From: Chlorokybus atmophyticus | Lineage: Eukaryota > Plantae > Mesostigma and Chlorokybus algae | DNA length: 64,000 nt | Direction of reading: 5' to 3' | Assembly: GCA_009103225.1 (NCBI GenBank) | Contig: RHPI01001202.1 | Span: 526,487-590,486 of the forward strand | In this document: positions 41,471 to 54,348 of the stretch, piece by piece | Layout of the letters: each line of letters begins with the position of its first letter | How positions within the stretch are numbered: position 1 is the first letter of the stretch | Made by a program: the position numbers and the translations under genes | The notes under the pieces: model-generated | The model's input: the letters and a program-made list of their open reading frames with translations, nothing else | What the model was told of the DNA's origin: nothing | Database searches by the model: none

Positions 41471-43830
41471 TTAAAACAGCAACCACCTCACCAAAATCAA
41501 GTATGCTAACTGGATCAATAGGTATAACAACCATTCATTCCTCACATATGCGATGCACTCCGGACTGCATCGCACTCCGGACACCCCCCAAAGCTTCTTG
41601 TGGTAGTCCATTCTGCAACAACAACGAACTATAAGTACACAATCATGTTGTTTTGCTTTGTGTGTAAATAGCATATTATGGTGTACACAGCATGTTCAAA
41701 GCAACCTTACCTGACGTAATGCGCCAAACGTTCATTGCACCACCAATGGCGCACACCGAAAAAATCTTTGTACCAAGTGTTGAGGAGCGGTAACAGTGCC
41801 AGCCACATGGTGCGAAAATCCGGATATGATACAACGAAACTTGACAAGATTGCGAGAGGAACCGTCACCACCTTGGATACCACTTCTTGCACTTTGAACA
41901 ACCACTGCTCACAATCTAAGTCCACATTAACAACTTGAGTATATTTGACCATGCACACAGTGCAAACAACATAAACAGCAGATTGCAGCAGCTTGACTAC
42001 CTGCATACACGCAAAGCGTGTAGACTCGTCCCGTCTCTGAGCATGCTGTCGGTTGGCAGCTTTCTGTCTGACCCATCGTAGACGACAAAGTATTCTTTTG
42101 GTAGTAACGTGTTGACAATGCCATGTTGCCCGCAAGCACGTCGTGGTACTTTGACCAAGGTCGGCAAGAGCGGTTGTTTCATTTGCGCACTTCTCTCTCA
42201 CCGTTTGCACAAAGGTCGAGACCTTGAGGTCAGCTGTATTTGGTAGTGTCAGGTGCAACACCGCTTGCTCATGCGTCGTTGTCTGAACGGGTACCATGCT
42301 CTGCGCGCGCATGCACATTCTCAAGCCATACCGTATGATAGCAATTGGTACAACATCAAGTCGTTAAGAAGCTAATCACAAGACTGTTGTACAACTGACA
42401 TATCATTACATCAAGTCATTATAATCACAAGAATACGCAAGCCCGTTAGAACTTTGATTGCATCGAAAATGTTTACTTATTATGAAGCGTTAGCAGACAG
42501 AAACATACGTCGGTGATCGCGTGGGTTGGGACAAACTCAGATGATGGTGGTGGCGGCGACGGCGGTGGCGACGGGGACGGCGATGACGACGGCGACAGCA
42601 ACCGTGGCACTGGAGATGCTGACGATGTTGACGTTGATGTCTCGGAGGACTCTAAGCGCGACGTCTGCCGCACTGGTTGAAGGCTGGGCCCGGGTGACGT
42701 GGGTGTCGTGAGCATCTCCTGCTGATGCAGTGGGACGCTCACCTGTCAGGTGAGACACGCGTTTGCATGCTGTGCTGTGCACACATTGTTGCATGCATGC
42801 AGACAAGTGCCATGCACATACGTGTGCATGCATGCGAAATTGCATGCATGCAACCATTCCAACCATGCCAAGCACGCCAATCCTGCAGCGGACAAGTGCA
42901 TGCGTAGTACGATAAGTTTTGTGAACAATGTGCATGCGTATGCATGATGTGCAGACAGACGCGTGCATGCTTGTGTACGTGCATGCATGCAAGCATTCTA
43001 TGCCACGTGCGCCATGCATGCAGCAGACATGCCATGCAAGCGTGTGTGCCGTAGTACGATACTATCTGTTGACAATATGCCTGCCTGCACGCATACAACA
43101 GGCGCGAATGCAACAGACAGGTGCCATGCACATACGTGTGCATGCATGCGCAATTGCATGCAACCATTCCAACCATGCCAAGCACGCCATGCAACAGAGA
43201 GGTGCATGCGTAGTACGGTACTATTTGTGAACAAAGTGCATGCGTGCATGCGTATGCATGATGTGCAGACAGACGCGTGCATGCATGCAAGCATTCTATG
43301 ATAAGCACGCCATGCACGCAGCAGACATGCCATGCAAGCGTATGTGCCGTAGTACGATGCTATCTGTTGACAACGTGCATGCATGCATACGCGTGCAACC
43401 ATGCTATGGCACTGCGCCATGCATGCCGCAGACAGGTGCCACGCAGGCAAGCGTGCAAACATGCATGCAGGACAGGTCAGGACAGAGCAGGTAGGCACAG
43501 AACCCAGCTGTTCTCTCGCTAGCTTGTAGAGCTCACCTCGTCCATGGAGCCAGAGGCTTCCGTCTCTTTCAAGGCGTCCCCGCTCCACCGCCGCCGCCGC
43601 TTGCAGGCAGGCTGGCTGCAAGCGGCCTCCTGGCCGCCCTCTGCCCATTCTCTCCTCTTGTCGCCAGCTGCCATCGCGTGGGGTGAGATAGCCAAAAGCC
43701 GTGCGGGCGCCTTAGCAACCTGAAGGGCGGCCAGGCCAGGCTTCCCCAAGAGTCCCCGTTGTAGTCACCGAGCGGAAGCGCTGGCTGTAGGCGGACAAGG
43801 CGCCCCCCTCCTCCTGCCTGAGAAAGCAAC
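41471..43830 (-). pseudogene. Orphan family B copy 1 (multi-exon; one frameshift near 42170); 5' extent uncertain
   Basis: Exons near 43830-43538, 42742-42506, 42300-42003, 41935-41712 and 41612-41471 are homologous or positionally equivalent to copy 2; W.KD..G.R.WW..ER, YH..LWG and a hydrophobic C-tail are shared. Confidence 0.6.
42790..43450. repeat. CATG/GCATGC-rich higher-order tandem repeat (unit of about 315 bp made of two subunits of about 150 bp) in a putative intron
   Basis: cagaca(a/g)gtgcca near 42800, 43115 and 43428; gtagtacg near 42904, 43051, 43210 and 43349. Confidence 0.85.
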
Positions 43831-44399
43831 AACCTCAGCCAACGATTGTGTGCAGACCAACTCTGTCGAGCTTTCACGTGCCTGTCAAGACATGCTTGAA
43901 CTTGAGACTCACCAGCCATTCATCCCGACATTGCAATAAGAGTGATTGTCTAGTGATGTGTGCTTCGTGCATGCGCTGGTCAGAAAACAATAACGGGGGC
44001 ATCCACCCAAGAATCCTATTCGGTTGTACTGTTGTACTGCATGGCGTTCTGGCTAAAGTGGCAAGCACTGCAGCAGTACAACATGGGAACAGATTGTGTT
44101 ATCGCTGCTGCCAGACAATGCGGTCCAACCATGCAGCAACACTCAATGGACTGCTGTAAGTACTGAGCTGGCATGCTTGGTGTGAGAACTGCACTTGTGA
44201 CGTCTGGTGCGCATGGGAAATGTGTACAAGCTACACCGGCAGGGCATGCGCAATTTCAAACACAATGAATGGCAGAAAGCCCCAACATGGTGCTCTGCGT
44301 CCACACAAATCAGCCCATTGTCATCTACTCACGAGGCGCACACGCGGCACAAGCAACGCACACCACCATATCTGCGGCACAGGCGCTTTGCTAGGAGGC

Positions 44400-47300
44400 T
44401 CATGTAGGGCACATACCATCAACCGCGGTGAGTGCTGCTCAGCGTCGCCAAGGCACCGAACGGCTTGTCCGTCTTCTTGCAATTGGCCGTTTCCGCAGCA
44501 GCACCTTCGAGCCCGTTGACTACGGCATCCAGCTTCTCGCTGATGTCCATCTCGGTGGCGCCTTCCTCCTCCTCCACCTCATCTTCCTGGCCGTCCGTTA
44601 GGTCGACCGCCTGCAGATTAGCGGCTGCAGGCGCCACAACAGCAGCAGCCACTCCCAGCGCAGCAGCGGGGACCTCATCGTCACCAATGCACGCCGCGGT
44701 GACACATTGCACCCGCTTGGTTGCTGGTGCGGCAGCGGTCGTGGCTGCTGTTCGCTTCGGAGTCGCTGTTGTGCTTCTTCTTACCGGCAGCAGCGGCCTC
44801 AGCAGGCACAGAGGCGGCAATGGAAGCAGCAGTTAGGAATGGTGAAGCCTGCGCAGGGTTCCTCGCATTGTGGCATGTCGCAGGACCGCCTGCTGAGGAA
44901 GGTCGGTGACGTTTGCTAGATGACATGTTGATCCCAGCCATGCATGCGCCTACGCCAGATGGGTTATGAATATACCTGACCGCGTGTTCTTGCACTGACA
45001 CTGCCCTTGATGCGCAGCACCTCCCTCAAGGTGTCTTCGCTCCCATGCTCGATCTGGATTACGCAGAGCATTAGGATATCAACGCTGGTTCTCAACGGCA
45101 TGCACATGCAGGCCAGCTCTGACACCGAGCAAGACTACACGAGGATCCAAAGCGCTAAGGTCACCTAGAGTGCAACAACAATGGTTCCACTCCTCCCAGA
45201 AGTTTGGAGCCATGGCAGGAAGTGCCAACGCAACGCATGAATGAATATGGCTCTGTGGATCCCAAGATCGTTTCGTTTCAGGGCAATGCACCGCGAGCAC
45301 ATGGTCTGGCCTATTTTTCTCGGTCCAAAATCAATTCTTGCGTGCTGTAAGGCAACACGTGTCAGTGGCCAATTGCATCGCGCAAATCGATAGAGTGCTT
45401 TCCTCACAATCGGTCACGCATACCTTGTAGCTCCCGCGGCGGCTTCGCTGAGTCTGTAGCTCTGGCAATGTTAACTCTCACAGACTGACATCTCGTCATC
45501 ATGCACAGCCTGTACAGCCATGGCATGGGCTAGGCCGTAGTCTTCCTGGAGCTTCGCACGACCGAGAAATGACAACAACTTCGCCTCGGAAGGGGGGCAC
45601 CTGCCAACGACCAAAGTGATGTCTGTGTTGAACATGTTAGATGACAACCGGCAGCAATGCAACAACAGAGCTGTGACTACGGACCTTCTCCATTGCCTGT
45701 TCAGAGAGATCGCGCACTCGCTTCAGCTTGATACCCTTGCCACGCAGTAATCTTGCAAGTTACGGCTGCCACATGTTGAGACTGAAAGACTTGCACCCCC
45801 TATCCGTACGGGTGCAAGACCTCCTCAGAGTACTTGTTTTCCTGTCAAGCAACAGCCAGACTCTTCAGATAACAACTTGCCAGCAAATCAATGCTGACCA
45901 CCAGAAAGTATCAACGTTAGCTACAACAGCAGCTCATACCTCTATAGATGCGAGATGCATGGTTGATGGCACCTCTGAGGAGGCGGCTACCTTTAAATTA
46001 AAAGTGCAATGTTACGCAGCCTTAGTGGAATCAGGGGTGCCCAAGCCTTCCTCAAGTCCACAAAGTATGACCAAACCTTGAGCGACTTGTGCCCCATGGG
46101 CCCACCTTCAATGGCAGCAATGAGTTGCAACAGGCCACCTATGCTTGATGCATAGGTGGCCTGAGCTTGAAAGCTGGGTTATGCTGCAACAGGATCCTCA
46201 CAACGTGCATGAGTGGAACAAGCGCGCGAAGGTGTTTGAGGGCAACCTCACAAAGCGGGTCGTGACCTTCACTTAAGCTGTCAACCTTAACTGAAGCTCG
46301 ACAGCTTAATTCAAGCTGCAACTCCAGATTGGTGCACTCAATTGTGTACTCTGTGTTCTTTGTTACCCTTAACCGCTTCTTGTGCGGCAGTGTTCACTCT
46401 ATGTCTTCGCATTACAAATATGCTGCTCTCTGACCTCGAACTGGGTGCGTCAAGAGTAGAGCTGAAGTCTCGCACCGTTTCTGATCTGAGGTCTCCTTCT
46501 TTTATATGCGCCACAAGCCTTCTCAAATAAGCCTCATCTAAAATAGAAGACTCTTTAAGCAAAGTCCACAGGCGCCCCACTTCATGAGTAAACCTTCGTC
46601 TACCGCAGATGATGGCATTGACATCCCAGCCCTGCAATGCATTGTGGTGCTTGGTGATCCAGATCGCACAGCTCCAAGCACAGCTGGTGCTTGGTTCTGC
46701 CTACTAGTGAGGGTAAGTCGTCATTGTTGACCAACTCAGCTTACCTCAGTGCCACCGCTTTATTGTGCCGAGCATTCAGCAGGTAGTCAACGTATTCTTC
46801 TACTTGCCCAGGCTCATGCTCCAAGTGCCTGTGTGAATACAAGCATTGATAAGTCCACTCAATAGTGCATGTCGCGAGGGATGTGTAGTGCAGAGCCCAT
46901 GGATGGCAGCCCTTCAATCTTTTACACATGTAAATCTGCCATCGGCAATAGCGGACGACCAGCGCTGAGCAGCATATGAATACAGGCACGCACCGTACAC
47001 TACCAGCAGTGCATTGCAACAATTATGAGCTCAACCACATGAAGGATGGCAACTATTGTTTGATACACACGTCGCATACTGGACTCCTTCTTCTCCAAGG
47101 TGCACCAAGTCATGAGCCGGTTCAAGAAAGCACCGTGCATGGCTTGTCAAGATGTTCCTTTCCGTGTCCTTCCAATTGACTGAACGTTGCTCTCCGTGCA
47201 TGCAAAGCCTCCATGCAACGCATAGCTGCGCCTAACCCATCGCATTCACAAGTTAATGAGCCGCTTGCGTGGAGGCGCGTCCTTCCGAGCATGCTGGTAG

Positions 47301-47400
47301 CAGCTATCAAGGGTTTGCTTGCAGGCAATAGGGGTTTTGAGGCAGGTCTTCTGCTCATACCAGGCCGGCCTTGTCCTGCACAGCTAACAGCCCTGATCCC
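44400..47400 (-). pseudogene. Degenerate multi-exon coding remnant of unknown family
   Basis: Several exon-like segments bounded by AG/GT with protein-like reads, but in-frame stops; could not be assembled into one ORF. Confidence 0.3.
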
Positions 47401-47560
47401 CACCAACAACTACCACATCCCGTCGCTCAACCCCACTTCGCCACCATACATTTGCATCCCTAGTGGTCTAATTAGCCAGCCTCCCTCCCACAAAGTCCTA
47501 GCAGCGAGAGGACTTGGGTTTGGGTTCAAGCCGGCAGTTCGCCGGTTCCGCCCGCAAGGC
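47200..47560. repeat. Diverged duplicated segment, paralogous to about 56890-57310
   Basis: Shared ccaccaacaac..accacatc..ctcaaccccacttcgc.accatac and ctagcagcgagagg. Confidence 0.75.
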
Positions 47561-48226
47561 CCCTGCCGAGGAATCCACATAAAACCGAAGCAATGGCCAA
47601 AAGTTTTAAAAGCGCGGTAAACCAGGGCAATCGCATGCCGGCGGCTGATACTTGTGCCGTGTGTCGTGTGACCGGAGTGTGCTAGTGTGCTGTACGTTTG
47701 TGTTGATTTGTTGACTTTGCCTAGCTCGTGTCAGATGAGTGTGCATGCACTGATGCCGCAGTGGCACACTCAATACCCCTGTCTTTGTGTCTTTATGCAA
47801 TACCGCATGTAGTATACGCACCCCCCTTGACTACGGATCAGTGAACATTTTGACATTGACTTAGGCACTTACCAAAGCATTAGCACTTGAGCATCAATGC
47901 GTTGGTTCAATAAATGTCATGAAACGAAGACTACTACCCAACTGGACACCAGCATAAGTGCCAGCACCATCCACATGCCTTTCAACGGCATGGCACTGCT
48001 TGTGCTGGCCATTCCACTAGGCCATCAGTCAGGTGCCCACTGCAACCTGGCAAACGGCCAAGTTGGATGATAATCCTAATCAAAAAACCTAATCCTAAAT
48101 CAGAAGCTGAATCCTGCACCGTCACCTAGCGCTATCTATAAGGGCTCCAGCTGCCAAATACTGCTTGTTCAAACCCCTCATTGGTGTTTCAGCAACCCAA
48201 CAATGTATGTTCAGGTAATACTACTC

Positions 48227-48940
48227 TCATCGCACATGCTCCCACACGCCCAACGTACGGTCCCACTGAAACAACAGTGCAACAATCCAATCAGCCACTG
48301 TAGACAGCCACCCAACTACATGAACGTGCGCAAACAAGCATTCATTCACCGAAGATGTGACCATGATGGGTAGATACGGATGTCGGGAGGCGTCGCGCAC
48401 GGTCGCACCATGGCCGCCCAACCTCCTGATCAACTTACCACTGACAGCGTCGTAAATTAGATGAAGACTCGCGTGAAAAAACTGCAGCAATATAGATTGC
48501 AACGCTTCTTCTCCAGAGCTCGACCATGCTGACCATGCACGGCGCCGCATGATGAACCTGTGTACAGGTAGCGTTGTTCTGAGGTTGCAGCTGGCGAAAA
48601 ATGCGCACGCACAAGCGTTTGCAGGACGGAATGCCCTGCGTAGCTGTAAGGCGAGACATAATGAGATGGGGTATGACAACTTGTTCTCATCTCATATCAA
48701 GATTGAAAGTAGCAGCACATGATGATGAGTGGTAACAGCACTGGCAAGTGGTTCCTATTGCAACTAATTCGTCGGTTGGCTGAAGCTTACATAACAAGCG
48801 AAGCATCTTTGAGCAGGTGGTTGCTATGGCAGCGGTGGCCGTTTCGTGCTGTGGGATGCTCCAGCGGTAATTCCACATGCATCACGCCAATGCGGGCAGC
48901 CCTGCGGAGTCGCTCTGGCTGCTTAGTTTTCTAGCATCCC
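48227..48940 (-). pseudogene. DCAF11: DCAF11/LEC14B (WDR23) WD40 3' fragment, copy 2 (best preserved), introns retained
   Basis: WDARKLSS..WNYRWS; YAGHSVLQTLVRAHFSPAATSEQRYLYTGSSCGAVH; YDAVSGKLIRRLGGHGATVRDASRHPYLPIMVTSS; WDRTLGVWEHVR*. Confidence 0.87.
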
Positions 48941-49381
48941 ACAGTTTGGGGCTCTGATCCTTTCTGTTGCTGAGGATGTACCTGCCATCACCCTGCATGC
49001 ATTCACAAGTGTTGATCAATGCTCATTCCCAAAGCCATAATGTGAGGGGCAAAACCCCTTACCTTGGATGTTGCATGCTAATCAGCTTAGACTTGTGAGT
49101 TGTTATGAATATGACGGAGTGCAGTAGCTTCTTTGCTTCACGTTCACAAGTGCTGTTGAATTTACTGGCATGAAGGGCTTGCTTGCTTTGATGGAGGACT
49201 CCATGTCACTGGTTGGGAGCAATGCTGGCCTTGACAACGAGCAGCATGGCCCATGCTGCGTGGGGTACAGGAACGCATTATATTGACACATGACACCGGT
49301 CTTTATGTGGGTCGTTTCTCTTCTTAGACAAGCAATATGTAAGCTTTGCAACACTTATTGCAAAATAAGACACACATTAAT

Positions 49382-50188
49382 TCACACAGAAAGATACGGA
49401 TAAAACACTCTTAGATACTCTGCCGATGGTGGCTTGACGGGGACGAATCGTGCTGCTTGTATAGGCCTCGCACACTTTGTACACCAAGTGAAATCGAGCC
49501 ATGATAAATGCGCTTGGACATCTTGGACTACTGGTGGATACGACTTGCCGGGTGCCCACCACTCTTGAAGACACCACCTTGGTGAGGAGAAGAGTGTGGC
49601 AGGCGTATGCGGCTTTCGAGGCTTGTAATCTGCAAACAAGTGGTGCAGGCAACATTAGGTTCATGTTTGCTGATATTGTTATGACTATGCGAGTTGCAGT
49701 ACCTGTGGGAGATCTGACTATGATGTCAAGGGGATTGTGCCAGTTGCTGGCAGGGAAAGGCAAGTCATGTATATATGCATCGTATAAAAAGCGCCAATGC
49801 CGCATGACAACCGTAAGCTCGGGTATCATATGAGGCAAGTGGTCGGGCATGTGGTGATATACGTCTGCGAAAATGCAAGCAGTTTTGCATGAATGTGTTG
49901 TTCGACCGAAAACACCTACTCAGGCTGTCAACAATCGGCAAGAAGACAACAGCAACAACCTACCAGGATGGTTTTGACGAATTGCCGTGACGATGCGAGC
50001 ATAGCGTTGGTAGTTGAGATTTCCGCGGCTTCTTTGAAACTTCAAATTCTTAACATCACGTATGATGTTCGACGGCCAATGCTTGAGAGAAAAGTTCACA
50101 CGCAGGCAGTGGACGCCTGTCAGGGGTTCTTCATCCGTGTCATAATACAGCCTATAGTAGATTTCCAGCTCTTCCAGCTCGTCCTGTT
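49382..50188 (-). CDS. Orphan family A copy 3; exons 50188-49964, 49864-49703, 49629-49382; exon 1 presumably in the N-gap
   Basis: Highly similar to copy 1 over 49080-50220, with identical exon lengths and open frames. Confidence 0.78.
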
Positions 50189-50247
50189 CTGCGCACAAAG
50201 GAGATGTTGCACAGTTACATGGTGAGAAGCAGACGCTTGACACGCGC

Positions 50248-50249
<2 letters not shown>

Positions 50250-50334
<85 letters not shown>

Positions 50335-50913
50335 NNNNNNNNNNNNNNNNNNNNNNNNNNNNNNNNNNNNNNNNNNNNNNNNNNNNNNNNNNNNNNNNNN
50401 NNNNNNNNNNNNNNNNNNNNNNNNNNNNNNNNNNNNNNNNNNNNNNNNNNNNNNNNNNNNNNNNNNNNNNNNNNNNNNNNNNNNNNNNNNNNNNNNNNNN
50501 NNNNNNNNNNNNNNNNNNNNNNNNNNNNNNNNNNNNNNNNNNNNNNNNNNNNNNNNNNNNNNNNNNNNNNNNNNNNNNNNNNNNNNNNNNNNNNNNNNNN
50601 NNNNNNNNNNNNNNNNNNNNNNNNNNNNNNNNNNNNNNNNNNNNNNNNNNNNNNNNNNNNNNNNNNNNNNNNNNNNNNNNNNNNNNNNNNNNNNNNNNNN
50701 NNNNNNNNNNNNNNNNNNNNNNNNNNNNNNNNNNNNNNNNNNNNNNNNNNNNNNNNNNNNNNNNNNNNNNNNNNNNNNNNNNNNNNNNNNNNNNNNNNNN
50801 NNNNNNNNNNNNNNNNNNNNNNNNNNNNNNNNNNNNNNNNNNNNNNNNNNNNNNNNNNNNNNNNNNNNNNNNNNNNNNNNNNNNNNNNNNNNNNNNNNNN
50901 NNNNNNNNNNNNN
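50250..50913. other. (GA)n tract (50250-50334) running into an assembly gap (50335-50913)
   Basis: Direct observation. Confidence 1.
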
Positions 50914-51817
50914 CATTTTAACCTCAACCATGACAGCTCACGCCTCATCATTACTATCATCATCCTCGCACAGCCGCCAAAATTCATCCATCATTGGGCT
51001 CCCCCCCCCGCCCACCACCACCTTATGACTGTCCTGCTTGGGCTGTCCCAGCAGAAGCGTCCTCCAGCAGGAATCAGGGGAGCGAGCTGCCCCTGCCCCT
51101 GCGCCTGCGCCTGCGCCCGCGCCCGCGCCGCCTAGGCTGCGCCCGCTGCAGGAATTCCTTAGAAGAGCTTGCGCACTCCGCCGTGTGCTACAAACACGTG
51201 TGCTGCTGCTGCTTTGTGTTGTTTCGTTTTGTCGTTGCGAGGTGTGTACTCGTGGTAGTGCAAGTGAGGGAGGCGAGGAAGGTTTGCAGGGGAGAAGACG
51301 GGGCTGCCTGGCGCTACTTCCTCACGCGCGCTTGCGTGCAAGTAAGGCCACACAGCACGTCGCTCTGCAATATGTCGCTGGCTTGTCTTGCCTCACTGAA
51401 TGACAGCCCTTACTGTCCTCTTCAACGTGCCAACCCGCTACACGTGCTTTAACATGCACTCTAAAAAAGGCAGTGCGTGTGACTGAATTACGTCTGAAAC
51501 TACTCGCGCGGAATTGCTTTGGTAGACTAATTCTGTTAGTAGTAGTAACCTACTGAGGTCTTGGATACTTCAATAGATTACTACTGAAGTACCCAATAGC
51601 TCAGTAGACTAGTGCTACTGTTAGTAGTCTACTGAAGTATTGAGTTGCTCAAACCACAAATCCTACTACTATTAGTAGTAGCAGCAGTAGTTGTGTTGGT
51701 AGTAGTCGTAGTAGTAGTCGGCATGGTCAATAGTAGCATTCTATCCAAGGGCAGGGATAGATTTATGTAAAGTCAGGCTTGCAGGGACGGGGCAGTGGTA
51801 GCGACGACATGCGTGCA

Positions 51818-53170
51818 CGACATCAATGCTTCTGTCTTTGGTCCGATGAAGCCTGGTAGGCCATGTAAAGCTGACTCTGAATGCTTGTTGCTTAGTGATG
51901 TACTGGTTGATGTGCGCATTGCTTGTGCGCAGGTGGCTCGATTGCTGACTGCAACTGGAAAAGTCTTACCATCCGGAAGCCGGTCATGCCTGCTACTTTT
52001 CCGTTTTGGATCCATTTGATACTTCCAAAGTGCTATTCACATTGCCTATGGCTGTTGGGTACTTTGACGAACACGCAGTAACTGTGCGTTTCAGTTGCAC
52101 ACGCAGGAAACGTTATGTACAAGCCTCTACTTAAGGCATCAAGCTGACAGTGTTGTTGAGGTAAGCAGCACTTTGACTTGAAGCTTTTCTTGGTAAAGAG
52201 AAGGCAAACGAGCCGTCCATCCTGCTGCAAGTAAAACCGAGCATCAAGACGGGAGCTGCCAGTCTTGGCCGATCCTGTCATGCGCTTCTACAGCTGTGAA
52301 CCGCAGGCTCACAGGTTGAGCCTAATGTACCACCGGTAAGGTAAGCACTGTTTGATGTCTTACAAATTGGTCTCTTCCTGTCATTTACGCATGTGCGTAC
52401 GGCTGACCCGTTGCATGCGGTTGTCCTCACAAGTTCACACTGCATGTTGCGCAACACCTCAGTCCTTGACAATATGCGCACAGGTTTACATGCACAGTGC
52501 GGGGCGTGCTGTTGATCTGTAGTTTCCAGCTGCTAATGTTGCTTGCTCGCAGCTGCTGCCGCTGCCCATGCCTGGAAGCTGAAGTAATTGAGCTGGAAGA
52601 CGTGCCCGGCGCACCCACACATCCCCCAACAGTTGTGTTGGAAGACGCCGCAGCAGAACTCGCACCTGCGCTAGTAAAGAAGTGGTAGAGGAAGATAGAG
52701 TAGAGTTAGTAGAGTTAGTAGATTTAGTCGCCCGCGGCTTTCCCATCAGCAAAGGGTCCAGTAAGAAGGGTACCTGTCGCTGCTTCAAGTGCTGAAGAGC
52801 AGCTGTGACAGGAGCGGCCGAGCAGCAGCCTCGCCGGCCTGCCAGCTGGCAGGCAAGGCACTCTTCAACAACAACCTGACACCGGCCCTGCACAGGTGGA
52901 CATCCACCGCTCGCAACACCAACGTGAGGGGACATTAGCAGGTCCACATGTTGACGGGGACAGCAAGTCGGACTTGTACAGGTACATGACTTGTACAAAA
53001 GCATCTGAGCGATCCCAAGCACCCGTTTAGCGCTTGTGGTGTGGACCCACAGGCCAGTAAGCCGCAGGGCAACCAAGCGCGCATGCGCAGCATCGCCGGC
53101 AGTGTGCCTGATGGCACACGCAGGCGCAGCACGAGTGCATGCTTGGATGGTGGGGACGCTGCCGACGAGT
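51818..53170 (+). pseudogene. SEIPIN: Unprocessed seipin pseudogene fragment (homologous to about 24875-26340), introns retained, frameshifts and stops
   Basis: Collinear matches such as gcgcaggtg..attgctgactgca, ccggtcatgcctgct, gtaagcagcactttga, cgcagcatcgccggcag; premature stops and deletions. Confidence 0.9.
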
Positions 53171-54348
53171 GCTGGGGAGGGAGTTGCAGTGCAATTTATA
53201 GTACATGTTGACACGTAGCAGAGCTTGTTGTCTATGGTACACAGGAAGTATTGACATGTAGCTTGTGTGCGAGCGCAGGCCTTGTAGACGACTGCCACAA
53301 GTGCATTATCAATGGGCCAACTCGCCTCACAATGCGCTAGCTTCAAGACAAGGACATGCCAGAGCGGATGAGGGCCCACAAGTGTGACATCCAGTGGCTA
53401 TGCGGCTACTGCGACGACACAAGGCCACGCCACACAAAGTCGTTGTCGATGACACTGATCACCTCCTATAAAACACGGGCGTGCACTTCACCTCCCTCAC
53501 CGCAGCGCTGTGTTTCATCACCTGGCGGGTTGTCACATGGCCAAAGTTGAAACTGTCCACATCTTGGTGGGTTGGAACTCAACAACACTCGTACTCACGA
53601 GCATGCTCACCTGCAGGCAATCGTGAATGGACGCGTCCTCCACGCTCCTGAATGAAAGCAAGATGCAGATGCTGGAGTCGCTTATGACTGACTCAAAATA
53701 GAGCATCTCAGCACTGTCACCTGTGCAAACAGAACAGCTTTGCCCAGAATAACTTTATGTTGGAATGCTTGCAGCTGAACAGTTCATGGCTGCTAGCATA
53801 CTGGATGTGGGTGCATGCAGCTGGTCTTAAACGAGCTCAACCAGCCCCAGATTCATCTCGTGCGAGGAGCGATGATGGCGAGAGCCGCATGTGGAATCAT
53901 AGCGCTGAGAGAGACGAGGGCATGTATGTATAATAAGTAGAATGCAAGGATTGTGGCATGCATGAGAGTGTGACACACACATGCATGAGCAGTCTACTCA
54001 CCACACTATGAAGCACTCTCATTAACCACCGGGCTGCTAACCTAGCTGCTACCTACCTTCTCTACTGCGCATACCCATTAGACATGCATGCATGCATGCG
54101 TGCGTCATCACCTGCACATGTATGTATGTATGTATGTGAAGAGTGGTGTTGAGGTGTGTAGTCAGAAGGTTGAGCTTATCATGAAGCCAATCATAGCGGG
54201 TTGTGTGGCAAGTAAGAAAGTGCAGCAATGTTTTGATGTAACATTGTTTGACAACATCATTGGAAAAGCGCGTTGGTGGATTACAACCTAGTACATTATA
54301 TACAAGTTACGACTTTACATCAGGGTTTGGAATGTGTTACCGAGTACC

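Noticed and set aside
47500-47545. Pol III A/B-box-like tagcagcgagagg..gggttcaagcc (tRNA or SINE?)
   Set aside because: No cloverleaf can be folded, and the paralog at 57.3 kb lacks the B box.
51530-51720. TAG/CTA-rich tract with small palindromes
   Set aside because: Low-complexity trinucleotide sequence explains the symmetry.
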